In this document: one piece after another, positions 40,076 to 53,000 of the stretch | Position numbering within the stretch: the first letter of the stretch is position 1 | Layout: each line of letters opens with the position of its first letter | Source of the DNA: Camelus ferus | Lineage: Eukaryota | Length of the DNA stretch: 64,000 bases | Assembly (NCBI RefSeq): GCF_009834535.1 | Contig: NC_045697.1 | Span: 93,808,001-93,872,000 of the forward strand | Reading direction: 5' to 3' | Notes under the pieces: model-generated | What the model was told of the DNA's origin: nothing | Databases searched by the model: none | What the model saw: the letters and a program-made list of their open reading frames with translations, nothing else | Position numbers and translations under genes: made by a program

Positions 40076-40893
40076 TAAAAGCTTTAAAAAGTCAATTTGA
40101 ATAATGCTCAAATGTCGATGAAATCCTGAAAGTGTGAAAACATACAATTATTTCAATTTTAACAAATATAAAGAAAAGTTGGCTTAAAATATGAGAGAGG
40201 AACAAATTCCCATATTAGGTACAGAATTAAAGCATCTCTACCTTAATAGTTCTGTTTCTAAAGCAAAATAATACTAACAACACCATTATTTTATTTTGCT
40301 TAACAAAAATACTGTAATAATAAATTATAATTAATAATAAATAATAAATGATAATTGACTAGTACTATCCAAACTGTGGATAAATTGTGTTGAATACAGG
40401 TATCTATGTTGATCTTCTCCACATACGCTTCTTTTTCTTTATCTTTTTGTCATATACCCCTCAATCTCCCTCAAGTAAAATTAGCAGTTTCTCCATGGAG
40501 TGATCAAAGGATGATACATGCCACGGGTCCAATTTAAAAAATTACTCTACAGAGAAAAATGACAATTGTATGTATGACTGAAGCAAAATACAGTAACAGT
40601 CCTCTGACTTATACTCTTAGTTGTGGCTTTCAACAAATCCTAGTCAATATCCAAGTATCGTGTAGGTCAGTGACGTGACCCAAGGCTCAAAAGTAGTCAA
40701 TTTTAATCCATGATACAGCTAAACGTTTTATCCAGAAATTGTTTGTCATATCCTAAAGCAGACCCACTGAGTGCAAAATTGCTTTTAGTGAGTGTATCAT
40801 GAGAAAGACTTCATTACCACCATTTTGAAACCGTTAAATACATTTAACATAGTCTTTTTCACTCTTCTGTTCACTTTAGGTAAAGATATTGTT

Positions 40894-41096
40894 CAGCTGA
40901 CCATTGAACAATGTTGTAATTAGGGGCGCTGACGCCTGAGTAGTGGAAAATCCAAGTGTAACTTTACTATTGTCTCTCTGTTTCATGGTTCCACATCCAT
41001 CACAACTGCAAAGTGTAGTAACAATTCACTATTGAAAAAAATTCTAGTGTAAGTGAACCTGTGCAGTGCAAACCCATGCTGTTCAAGGGTCAACTG
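40894..41096. mobile_element. Tigger2-derived MITE (Tigger2a/MER8-like)
   Basis: Terminal inverted repeats cagctgaccattgaaca ... tgttcaagggtcaactg followed by TA. Confidence 0.88.
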
Positions 41097-43228
41097 TATT
41101 TCAAAGTATCTGATAATGCATCAAGAACAAACATCTAAGGTTATCCCTATTTTGCAATAATCAATTGACATTTAGGAGACAGACAGTTTGTAATAAAATA
41201 TTGTTAGATAAATTAATTACCAAAGTAATGAGTTAGAAAAAATGTAACATTTACTGAGTTTTCCCAGATCTTATTTGCTAGATCTAAATTCCACTCCAAG
41301 CTATTTATGTGGAAACTTCCATTGTACTTAGTGATAGTTACAGATAAATGTATAATGGGAGAATTTAGTCTCTGATTTCTCCAAACACTACACTTTAAAG
41401 AAAGCTTCTAGTAATTCAAATGGAGCTCACCAACTAATTAGAGTACAGAAATTGAACAAAGCCCCTGATCCCCTCTGTTTTAACTTATAAATTGTTTTTC
41501 CTTCCTAAGACTGCTTCATCATTGTAAGTTATAATCTCAAAGAGAACAATGATAAATCCTTCATGGTAGACAAAAATATAAGAGTAGGAAAAGTTCCACA
41601 TCATACAGACTGTGGTTTTATTGTACATTTTTACAATCAAGACTTTTCTTAAAGACATTTATTCTAGCTCCCATTTTTACTTTGTACGTGTAAGAACAAT
41701 AATGAATTTTTCAGTTCAACATACATGTTGATGACTTTACAAAGAACCATAAATCAACAGCACTGCTGGAGGAGACACACTTATATTAACAGTGTCATAT
41801 CATTTTCTTTACATTCATAACTTGACGGTTTGGGGAATATTATTTCCATATTATTACACAGGCTGAAAGTCAGATTCTCAGAAACTGAAAATAAGTCTCT
41901 GAATCCCTATTTTCCCTCCTTTTAGGTAGGTAGAAAGGCACTTAACAACCTCAACTCTAAATAGAATGTGTATTCTGAGCTCTTCTGTGTCTTAGACTAC
42001 CTTCTAGTGTATATCAAAAATCAATATGAGAATATTTGGTGATTGTCAGGAGTATCCGACAGGTTAAAAATAGCAGTCATATTTATCATTATTAAAACAA
42101 ATTACTTTTATTTTAAAACCATTTTGGAACAGACACAAGGCTGCATCTGCTAGCTGCCAAGAATACACATCAAACATGCTTGAAGATTCTAATGAATGTC
42201 AAAAGTCTTGGCGGAAATCTAGCACTTCCTGAACCATTCTACTTACCATATTACTGCTCAATTGGGAGAGTGAAAATAATTCAGAAGATAGAAATTTGAT
42301 TCAAATAATGTTAAAATTTTATTGTCAACTCATTGGGTGCCCCTGCAGTGAGAATTCGGAGAGACTGAAAGAGGCAGCAGATACCTTCATCTCCTCTTAC
42401 TATTCCTAACCAGAAGAGACAGACATTCATTGTTATCTCAACTGATAGAATTTGTTTTAATAAAGAAGAATATAAATATTTTTTACACAGATAGGTGAGA
42501 TGAGGAAGATTGACAAGTTAAAGTATCTACTAAATTTCTCATTACATGGAAGAAAATGACACATGCTTTACGTCAGTTAATTTTCCAGATTAAAAACAAA
42601 ATTTATAAGCTTCCAATGACACAGAGACCATATAATGGTATGAAAAAAACATGTGTTACATCCTAAGCATTTCTAATCTGTATGTATATACACAGACATC
42701 AAATAAATACACTTTTTAATGTAAGTACCTGAGGATAAAGAATATTTTCTATTCTTAACATTGTAACATCAGTCTGAAATGTTTTGTCAAAATTTAAACA
42801 TTACTCTCCCAAACTTAAAAGTTGACTTTTAAAAGCTAATCTATTTTTCCTCATATTATTATAACATAAGCATGAATAAATAATTTGTATGAAAATGGAA
42901 AACAGAATGATACTATGAACAAAGTAAAACAAAGCAATGGTTCCCCAATTGAGTGATCCCACTCTTAAGAGTCATGTGGAGAAAATAAGTGAAAAGATGA
43001 ACAAAAGAATCTATTGAAAAATATAAAATCTAAAATAACCAAAGTGGATATCAGATTTAAGTCTTTACCCATGGTATAAAGTATGATACCAGTTTATGGA
43101 ATATTATGTAACATTTAAAAATTGCAATTGTGAAAACTTATAAAAAAAGAAGAAATTCTAAATATAAGTATATATTTATAAATGTAACTGTGTATAATGT
43201 AAATTATATGCATGTAAATGAATGTAAA

Positions 43229-43880
43229 TCAGTGCAGCCATTATGGAAAACAGTACGGAGGTTTCTCAAAAAACTTAAAATAGAACTACCAGCAATTCCA
43301 CTCCTGAGTATATACCTGAAAAAACCAAAAACACTAATTGGAAAAGATACATGCACCCCAATGTTCATAACATTACTGATAAATGCCAAGATATGGATGC
43401 TGTCCAAGTGCCCATCAACAGATGAATGGATAAAGATTTTGTATATGTGTGTATATACATATATATACATAGAGACACACACAGCACAAACAAAATGGAA
43501 CATTACTTAGCTATATAAAAGAATGAAATTTTGCCATTTGCAGCAACATGGATGGACTTGGAGAGCACTATGCTAAGTGAGGTAAGTCAGACAGAGAGAG
43601 ACAAGTCTTGTATGATGTTACTTATATGTGGAATCTAAAAATACAACAAACTAGCGAATATAACAAAAAAGAAGCAGACTAACAGATATAGGGAATAAAG
43701 TAGTGGCTACCAGTGGGGAGGAGGGGGTACAACACAGGGGTAGGAGAGTAGGAGGTGCAAACAGCTGGGTGTAAGACAGGCTTAAGGATGTATTATACAA
43801 CATGGGGAATACAGTCACTATTTTGTAGTAACTGTAAATGGAAATTAATCTTTAAAAATTGTATAAGATAAAAAATACTT
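43229..43880 (+). mobile_element. LINE-1 3' end (ORF2 C-terminus and 3'UTR)
   Basis: ORF 43130..43510 contains [20 protein letters not shown]...DTCTPMF...KCPSTDEWIK (L1 ORF2p); ORF2 end tgtggaatctaa followed by a G-rich 3'UTR. Confidence 0.93.
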
Positions 43881-45019
43881 AAAATATAACTATAATTAAA
43901 TTAAATTAAATTCAATGTGTACATAATTAATACAGTTAGAAACAGACAGCTGCTTATATTAACTCCAGTTAGGGAGGGTTTGGGGGAATGGTCACGGCAA
44001 GGATTCCAAAAGTTCTCAAGGAATTTGGAGCAACCTAATGGCCAAGTCTGAGGAACGGCAAGGACCAGGAAAGCTCTAAGGCAAATGGAAGTCGGGTGCC
44101 AGTGATTTTTTCCTCTAGTGCTCCATAAATTACTCTATGTACCTGTTTTTTTCCATCATGTTACCGAATGACATACACTATTTGAGTCCTAATTAAAAAT
44201 TCAATGGAGACAAACTACTTGAACTACTTCAACTATTAGTGCCAGGGCAGTAGTAACTGGTGCTTATAGATGGGTTTTCTACACATCAGGAGAATGAGCA
44301 CTCCAAGTGTGGCTAGAAGGTTAGAGACAGAGTCATGTGGTCACTGCCCATTCTTCTGGGGCTTTGAATTAAAGGAAGTTCTCTGAAAAAGGGGTCTGAC
44401 AAGGAAAACCAGGTTGTATTCCAATCCAATATTTTATAAAATGCACCAAAGGGGGAGTTATGAAAACAGTTTAGCAGTTGGGTAATGAGCATGATTTGAG
44501 CAGAAATTTCTAATAATATACTATTCTTTTGCACATTAAATTTCTGTTAATATTATGTCACTCTTATAGAAATTATTATCAAATTTTGTCATCCTGGACA
44601 GTGCATGGTAGGAGATATAAAATTATTCAGGATCATCACATTAGACAATAATCAATCAATAAATAGAATTTTATCATTCTTTACTCTTTCAATACCCTCT
44701 GTTATCTTTATCACAGAACACATTTTAGCTAATGAATATTCTCCTTACGTCTGAAAAACTTGCCAATTCTTTCTGTATTATAATAGTTCTCATTTATTCA
44801 GCAGCCTTATGCCCATGCTACAAACATATAGATTTAATATTAGAAGATTTTTTTGCTCCCTTAAAGTCTTTAATATTATAGGAACCAAGAAATTTTCTAG
44901 TCCAAGGTTTAAGCGTTACTCCAGCCCCATTCAAAGCTGTACTGTTTATTTGCTTTCCTGAAACCTCTTTGACAGTCATCTCCTAGTTTTGTGGTCAGTA
45001 ACTCAAGAAATAGTGACTG

Positions 45020-45320
45020 TGGATATATTAACAACATTCCCTAGGCCCAAAAACCAAGGGGGGAAGAGAGAGCTAACTGGGCCACTCATAAGGAGACTCA
45101 TAAAAGATAGCCCTGTCCAGAGAGGCAGTACCGTGCGGTCATGGGATACACACAGCTAGGTGTGAATTTACAGAAAGGAACCAGATGAAGCTGCTCTGAA
45201 CTTACTCTTGTCACTCCCTCCAGTTTTCTGCTAGGTGTCTCCGCTGGCCAAACTGAAACTGGCCAAACTGGCCGACTGAAAGCTCAACAAGAAGCTGGCT
45301 CATAAACATAGTCTATCTCG
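45020..45320 (-). mobile_element. Old ERV-L-class LTR fragment
   Basis: ctccctccagttttctgctaggtgtctccgctggccaaac resembles antisense LTR16-group sequence. Confidence 0.45.
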
Positions 45321-45369
45321 TGGATTTCTTGGGCTCTTTGAAACTAGTGAATATAAATTACAGTTTTCA

Positions 45370-46222
45370 ATACTATTGTTAAGTTTTCTGATGGCATGTC
45401 TACACTATTAAAAAAAAAAATCCTTCCGTAACCTGTATATTGCATTTAACACACAAAAACATTTTCATCATCCATTTCATTTCATTATAAAATTTTATTC
45501 TGTTGCCAGTTCAGTAGCACAGATTTCATTTTAGAATTCCTTCCTTGCTTATTTGTAACTTCTTTTTCTGAGAGTGAGAAATCTGGTTATCACTGTATTT
45601 ACTTACTAATTACACGTGTTAAACTGAGGCATGTTAAAAATTTGAAGAGTTTTTATTAAGCCAAAATTCAATTCAAAACAGGTACTGCTAAACTGAATGT
45701 GGTCAGGAGCTCTAGGGGAAACTTTTACAGAGAAAAGATAAAGCAAAATAAGGAAATTATTGACCAGCTATAGCTTAAAGCTTAGTTGGCTGTTTTTGAC
45801 TGGTTGTCCTTTGATTTCGATTAGGTGACCTTGAGGAATTTATAGGTTCAGAGTTCGGTTTGGTTACATAGGCCCCCAGGGCATTAGTGTCCCCTCAGTC
45901 TAATGATTCCTTTATTTAATTAATTTGACACATGTAAAGTAGTTTCAAAATTGCTAAACTAAACTGCTGTGAGAAACAAATACACAATTTGAATCTAGTG
46001 TTTGTAATTTATAATTCTATGCATTTTCCTCTAACTACTGCTCTAGCTGCATCCCATAAATGTTTATATGTTGAATTTATATTTGTTCTGGTCAATATTT
46101 TTATTAATTTTTGAGGCTAACTTTTTGACCCACATATTTCTTAAAAGTGTGCTTAATTTTCAAATATTTGGAGCACTTCCAGATATCTTTTTGTTATTGA
46201 TTTCTAGTTTAATATTTTTACA
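45370..46222 (-). mobile_element. Old L1 fragments hosting a solo LTR
   Basis: gagagtgagaaatctggttatcac...gtagtttcaaaattgcta (L1MC-type 3'UTR) and tttcctctaactactgctctagctgcatccca...ttgttattgatttctagttt (antisense endonuclease region). Confidence 0.7.
45617..45930 (-). mobile_element. ERV1-class solo LTR, 314 bp
   Basis: TG...CA ends (tgttaaac ... atttgaca); 4-bp TSD cacg / catg (CpG decay); AATAAA on minus near 45655; host L1 sequence continues across the insertion. Confidence 0.75.
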
Positions 46223-47032
46223 GGCTCAGTGTACCTTGAACTAACACAGCACTGCTTCATGCCTTCCTTCAAAGACCTGCTCCTCAAAGAGGCTTCACTT
46301 TCTCTTGTCATTTAACTTTCAACTGGCTTCTCCATCCACCATTCACCCAAGCAGAATCCGTCTGAGTGCTTGTTACTAGTGGCCCAGGTAAACCTTCCTG
46401 ACTCTTCTTATTTTATGAATCAGTTTGTTAGCCTGTGGTTGCAGCAAACCTCCGAGTTCAAAAACCATGCACATTCTTTGTTTGGCTGAATTTTTTGTCG
46501 TTGGTTTATTTGTTTCAGTTTGGGATTGAAACCCTTCTCAGCTCTTTACATCCTGAGCAGATGCTGGAAGCCTGGGAGGTATGCACATCTTTTAAAAATA
46601 AATTCCTGTACTGTTTACCTCAGGTTCCCTGAAGTGTCTCTCAAATTAAAATTCTAACTAATAAAGTCCTTTAAAAAAAGATGTTTTTAAAATGTAGAAC
46701 ATGAAATTTATTTTGACATGAAAAATGATGCAAAAGAATGCTAGATGTAAAATGTGTAACAGCCAGAAAAAGTTACCTGGTATAAGACTGAGTAGAGAAA
46801 CTGGCAATCGTGAGATATAGAAGGAGAAGAGCAATTAAGCGGTATGAGTTAGGCTTAAGTGTGCATTGAAACTTGCGGTGTCAAGTGAGACTACAATTTA
46901 GGGATTTGGCTAATAAGCAAGGGATCAGATTAAATTATTGGTAGGTTAAAATAAACAAAATGATGTTGGCCCATATTAATTGTTGGTCAGTTCAATTGTT
47001 ACAGAATATTTAAGTAAAGACTAGTGCTTGGA

Positions 47033-47930
47033 TACAAATGATCAAAAAGCACATGAAAAAATGCTCAATATCACTAATTATCAGAGAAATGCAAATCAAA
47101 ACTACAATGAGGTATCACCTCACACCAGTCAGAATGGCCGTCATTCAAAAATCCACAAATGACAAATGCTGGAGAGGCTGTGGGGAAAGGGGAACCCTCC
47201 TACACTGCTGGTGGGAATGCAGTTTGGTGCAGCCACTATGGAAAACAGTGTGGAGATTCCTCAAAAGACTAGGAATAGACTTACCGTATGACCCAGGAAT
47301 CCCACTCCTGGGCTTGTATCCAGAAGGAAATCTACTTCAGGATGACACCTGCACCCCAATGTTCATAGCAGCACTATTTACAATAGCCAAAACATGGAAA
47401 CAGCCTAAATGTCCATCAACAGGTGACTGGATAAAGAAGAGGTGGTATATTTATACAATGGAATACTACTCAGCCATAAAAACCGACAACATAATGCCAT
47501 TTGCAGCAACATGGATGCTCCTGGAGAATGTCATTCTAAGTGAAGTAAGCCAGAAGAGAAAGAAAAATACCATATGAGATCGCTCATATGTGGAATCTAA
47601 AAAACAAAAACAAACAAATAAACAAAAACAAAGCATAAATACAGGACAGAAATAGACTCACAGACAGAGAATACAGACTTGTGGTTACCAGGGGGGTGGA
47701 GGGTGGGAAGGGATAGACTGGGATTTCAAAATTGTAGAATAGATAAACAAGATTACACTGTATAGCACAGGGAAATATACACAAAATGTTATGATAACTC
47801 ACAGAGAAAAAAATGTGACAATGAGTGTGTATATGTCCATGAATGACTGAAAAATTGTGCTGAACACTGGAATTTGACACAACATTGTAAAATGATTATA
47901 AATCAATAAAAAATGTTAAAAAAAAAAAAA
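47033..47930 (+). mobile_element. Young 5'-truncated LINE-1 with poly(A) tail and TSD
   Basis: ORF 47038..47577 is L1 ORF2p C-terminus with Zn-knuckle [24 protein letters not shown] 47905-47910; A-tail; TSD aaagactagtgcttgga (47016-47032) / aaaggctagtgcttgga (47929-47945). Confidence 0.97.
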
Positions 47931-48519
47931 AGGCTAGTGCTTGGAAAAAATGCCAGGTTCGCAACTTTGAAGCTAACCATAATGATATGGCCTTGACTGC
48001 ATCACAAAATATATAAAACAGTAGAACTCATTCTATAGGAGTTCTTCATTACAACAGTTCTAACCCTATATAGTAATATGCACAGCAACTCCGATGGATA
48101 TTAGTCTAATTTCACAACCAGTAAAAGCACAGTTAAGTAACTGGCCTGAATTAATCCTGTTACAGCACTTGTGTCCTGCACCAGCTAATTCTGAAGAACA
48201 TACCTGCAGTATATTTTAATGTTTTCTGTTCTTTGTTTAGCTTCATTACATTAAGTAGTTTGGTAATCTCACATCAAAAATATTGATAAACACTGCAGGT
48301 CAAAATGAAGTCTGGACAATGACTCACTGATACATTAAAGACTGTAGTCAAGTCTTCTGCTACAAGAACTGATAAAAAGGTCTAAATAAAATGCAACTGC
48401 TAAGAAAAGTAGCTGAACTGAAAAATGGATCCAAAGCTTGTCTATCTATGACTGTTTAGAATAGTTATATTAGAAAAGGCTCTATACTTTTTTGTGAGGT
48501 ATTATTACCATGTCTAAGT

Positions 48520-48760
48520 TTTCTTTCTTAGTTTTATTGAGATATAATTAATACACAACTCTGTATAAGTTGAAGGTGTACCACATAATTATTTACATAC
48601 ATATATTGGCGTATTGACATAGATACATTGGGAAATGATTACCACAGTAAGTTTAGTTAACACCAATCTCCTCATAGTTACAAATTCTTTTTTCCTTCTG
48701 ATGAGAAATTTCAGGATTTACTCTTTTAGCAACTTTAAAATATACCACAGGGCAGTTAGA
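48520..48760 (-). mobile_element. LINE-1 3' end (L1MA9-like)
   Basis: ttttattgagatataatt...gtataagttgaaggtgtac...aaatgattaccacagtaagtttagttaacacc...ctcttttagcaacttt. Confidence 0.88.
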
Positions 48761-49701
48761 CCTCATCATCAAATTTACACAAAGAGAACGAAAAGGAAGA
48801 AATAAACTGCTAGACTTTGTGTGTGCTCTTAGAAATACATCTATATCTATATTTATCTCTATGTGTAGATATAGCAATAGTTATAGATATATTCATGGAA
48901 GGATGGATATTAAGGACAAGAAGTTGTAGTAGCCATTGCATAGATTAGCTAATGATTGGAAGAATCAATTTTTGGCCTTCGCTTCATATGCAGATTTTAA
49001 CCTAGCTATGGTATTCTAAGTCAATAAATTCAACCAAACCATTTTCCATCTCAGAATAACTGTGCCTCTAGAATCATGATGTCGCCACAAAGTGGGAATC
49101 AATATTTCCTACTGGGACTTGTGGCTTATAATAGCAATGATTTTTCTGAGTCAAAGTCTATTAATGATATAGGACTTTTTACATCAAGAATATTAAGCAA
49201 ATAATATGTTAACATTCAGAACATACTTCATAGCAAAGCAAATCAAGACCAAGGATGATTGCGATTAGGTCCAAGACAGTTCCCTGAAGCAGAGCAGCCA
49301 TCTAGGGAATGCCTGAATTTAAGACAAAAGGAGAAAGTTCAGGTAGATTAGCAGTATGTAGGAAAGAAAATCATTAGTAAACTGTACTCTGCTGCCTAGA
49401 ACAGTTAGTGGAATTGTAATATTGGAGGCAGAGGAAGAGAAAGATGTAGAAACACTCGCTAGAATTTGAAAGGCAGCACCCCAGCAGGAATCTGGACACA
49501 GGTCTTACCGTAAATATTGTAACAGTAAAAGCTTGGCCACAAAGATACTGTTAGTGGATTTGGGTACAATTTTTCAGCATAAATTGTATAAAGATGACTG
49601 GGTTATAGCAGAATAGATACAAGCCAATTATAATGGTAGTCATGACTCCACTTATACCAAGCATGGGAGTTGGGGTCTGTGGTTAGGACACCAGAGATTA
49701 T

Positions 49702-50081
49702 TGCTATAGATTGAACTGCGTACCCTTGATAATTCACAAGATGAAGCCCTAACCTCCAATGTGGCTGTATCTGGAGGTGGAGCCATTGGGAGGTAATTAA
49801 GATTAGATGAGGTCATAAGGTGGAGCCCTCACAATGGGATTAGTGGCTTTAAAAAGAGGAAGAGAGAGAACACTCTCTCTCTGCCACTTGAGGACACAGA
49901 GAGAAGGGAACAAAACACAGACCAGGAAGAGGGCTCTCACCAGAAGGAAACTGAGCTTAGATTTATAGCACTTTGACCTTAGGCTTCCCAGCCTTCATAC
50001 ATTTGTACGTTCATAAATGTCTGTTGTTTAAGCCATCCAGTTTATGGCATTTTGTTATAGCAGCCTGATCAGACTGAGACA
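49702..50081 (+). mobile_element. MLT1A-family MaLR solo LTR
   Basis: tgctatagattgaa...gaagccctaacctccaatgtg...ggtaattaagattagatgaggtcataagg...ttgtttaagccatccagtttatggcattttgttatagcagcc...gagaca; 5-bp TSD attat / gttat. Confidence 0.93.
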
Positions 50082-53000
50082 GTTATAAATACATTGCAGG
50101 AACTCTACTAACCTAATTCAGACTATTTAAATGTTAGATTCAAAAGGCAATAACCACTGTCAATAATTAAGGAAATATCTATGTGTCTAATTGGATCCAG
50201 ACAAGACTGGGATGGACATATTTTTCTCTTTGATGTTTGCTTTTAAAAGAAAGGAGAGGAGAAGGAGAACTTTAAACTTCCCTTCCAAGGCACAGGCAGT
50301 TACTAGCCAGCTTTTCTCCTCCCCAGTGTTTTTTTCATTCTCTGTATTTTCTTAACTAGAAGTTAGTTATTTCAAAAGGAACTCATCCTGGATATTTTTT
50401 TCCGCTCTCTGCCAATTCACTTCATAAGCTGATGAAAAAAAAATTTTTTGATTCTTTTTGGCATCATGATGAAATGTTATCTAGCTCATCATCTGTTCTC
50501 ATTCTTCTTCTTCTTCTTCTTTTTTATCTCGTAACATTTACGAAGCATTTTTCTCCCATTCGACCCTGCAGCCAGGTGATACGTGGTGGGATGGAATCCA
50601 AATAAAGAGATTATTTTTGTCTCCTTCTTTCTGGGATTCTACTGCAATCACAAGACATCCATAACTGTAATTAAAAGCCAGTTTTTTTGTCAAATATTAT
50701 ATATTAGTGATGAGGATTGGTGACTGAGTTTACAACTAAAAATATGATGTGCTCTTACTTATAGTATTGCTTTCTCAAACTTGTTAGTGCATATATAAAA
50801 CACCAGAATTTTATCGATACGATTTAATCTTAAATCAAAGTATTCATTTTCATCACTTAAAAGATAATGAATATAGAAATTTTTAAGCATTGAAAAAAAT
50901 GACAGATGATATTTAAATCATCTAGTATTAAACTATGGTAGAACAGAGTTCTATAAATATATTGAAAAATCAAATTTTAAAAAAAATTGCACTTTGTGGT
51001 GTACAGCTCCTTTGCTTTGCAATTTTTCAGTTACTAAGATTTTTCTGGACCTACTGAATCATTACAGCCATCAGTGATTGTCCTACTATGCAGAAGTTTA
51101 TACTTTCAGGAAATTTTTTTTTATTTTAGTGTTTTTAATATCTTGTAGAAATTATATAATTAAGATGCATTTTTATTATTTCCATTAAAAAAATCCTACT
51201 ACCTTGCTTACATTATTCTTCATTTTTGACAATTTTTTTCTGAATATTTTGCTGTCTCTGTGTACAGCAGAGCTAAAAGGGATTATATTTGGCATGTCAC
51301 TCTCTTATCACAAATCTTTATTCTTCTTGGATTTTGCTTATATTTTTACCACTTGGACGAAGAACATTCCTAGGCTCAAGGAAGACAGAGCCGTCTCAGC
51401 TTTCTATTTCTCTTGCTTCTCCTATATCAGTATTTTGTTTACTGTCCTCCTGTACATGCTCTGATAACATGTTTATGGCATCGGACCTAGCCAGACCCAC
51501 ACCTGACTGACAGAGACAGCTGTCACTAACAATGAACTTCTAAGACTGTGACCCTTGCACGTGTGCTTTCTTTTCCTTAAATATCAACACTGACATATGA
51601 ATGGCTCCATTGAAACTTCTTCAGTAACTGAAGGTGATGTCTGGCAAGAGAGGCCCGTGTACTCGTAAACAAGAACAGTCTCCCTGATCAGGCTGATATT
51701 TTATTTATGCTGCACTCTCTTCGCTTCTCCAGGGAGAGTGTTTCTCAGTTCTGTTTTTCAATTATTCCACTGATTTTGGCAGGGCCAACACACTCATCCT
51801 AAAATTAGATCATGACTGAGTATTTTTTAAAGCTCTTTGCACCAGGTAGGACTTGAGGACTTTTATCTATTGGACACAGAATCAGGTAGTATTGTAGAAG
51901 CAAGTATGATGCAGGGATATTTAAACTCTGTGTCTCTGGAGTCACCCACGGGGCTTATTAAAACATGTCCCTCCTCCAGAGACCGTGATTCAGACGGTGG
52001 TAGTGAGGTTGAGGAATACACATTTAAACGTGAATTCTCAGGAGGCTTTGCTACATGTTGCTGGATCAGTGCTCTGCAGAAACCAAGCACACTGGAGGAA
52101 GCACAATGATTCTGGGTGAGTCAAACCCAGATTTAACCTCAGCTGGAAAATTTTCTAGTATCATAGAATGGCTGTGAGTGTTAAAAGCCTGGCCTAACTG
52201 TTCAGTTACTGTTATTTTCTTCCCATTAGCTAGTATTTTGTTTAATCCAAGAAATGGGCTTTGAATAATCTGGCTTTTTTAAAGTAGAGCTCCTTCTATT
52301 GAAATCAAATAGATCTGTGGACTCTATTAACTGAAAGTCTCCTCCAATATATTTTAAATAATACAGACTTTTTAAAGAAAGGAGGTTTTACTTAACCTTA
52401 TATATGTTCCTCAACACAACACACACTATATCTATATTGATACTTCCAGCTTCTTACTTTGTGCCAGTTCATTGATTTTTATTTTTAAATATCTCATCCT
52501 ACAGATTTCATATGCAGGAGTTAAGCATTTTAATTTTCTTGTCATCTTTGAAGCAATATATCAAATGATTCTCAAAGTTTAGAACACACATAGAACAAGT
52601 GCAACTCTACCTTTTGATTGGAATACATTTGACTTGCTCTAAAGGGCAAACTAAACCGTCCTTTTAACAGCTCAATTTATGAGGACACAGCAGTTACATG
52701 AGAGTTTCTACCAGTAAGCAGAAATGATATGATCACAATAACAGGGAAATATAATGGTATGATGAGAGAAGATGATAGATATAATGTCTAAAGGCTTCTG
52801 AAAAATCCTCATCAATTTCAAGCTTTTACAACCTCCTAATTATACTGTGATTAATGCCATTTGTCTGATGTAGAGAATTATCAACCTAACCACATAGCTC
52901 AAAGTTGAAATTCCTTGCAGAAGAAAATGTACAATTTCATCCAAAAGAAAAAGCATTTATAACCCCCTCAAAGATAAAATAACCTTGAAGATAAAAATAA

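Noticed and set aside
43960..44410. Possible old MLT1-type LTR
   Set aside because: Resemblance too weak to set family or boundaries by eye.
47038..47577. Longest ORF (179 aa) as a host gene
   Set aside because: It is the L1 ORF2p C-terminus in a 5'-truncated element, with no promoter and a frameshift at its end.
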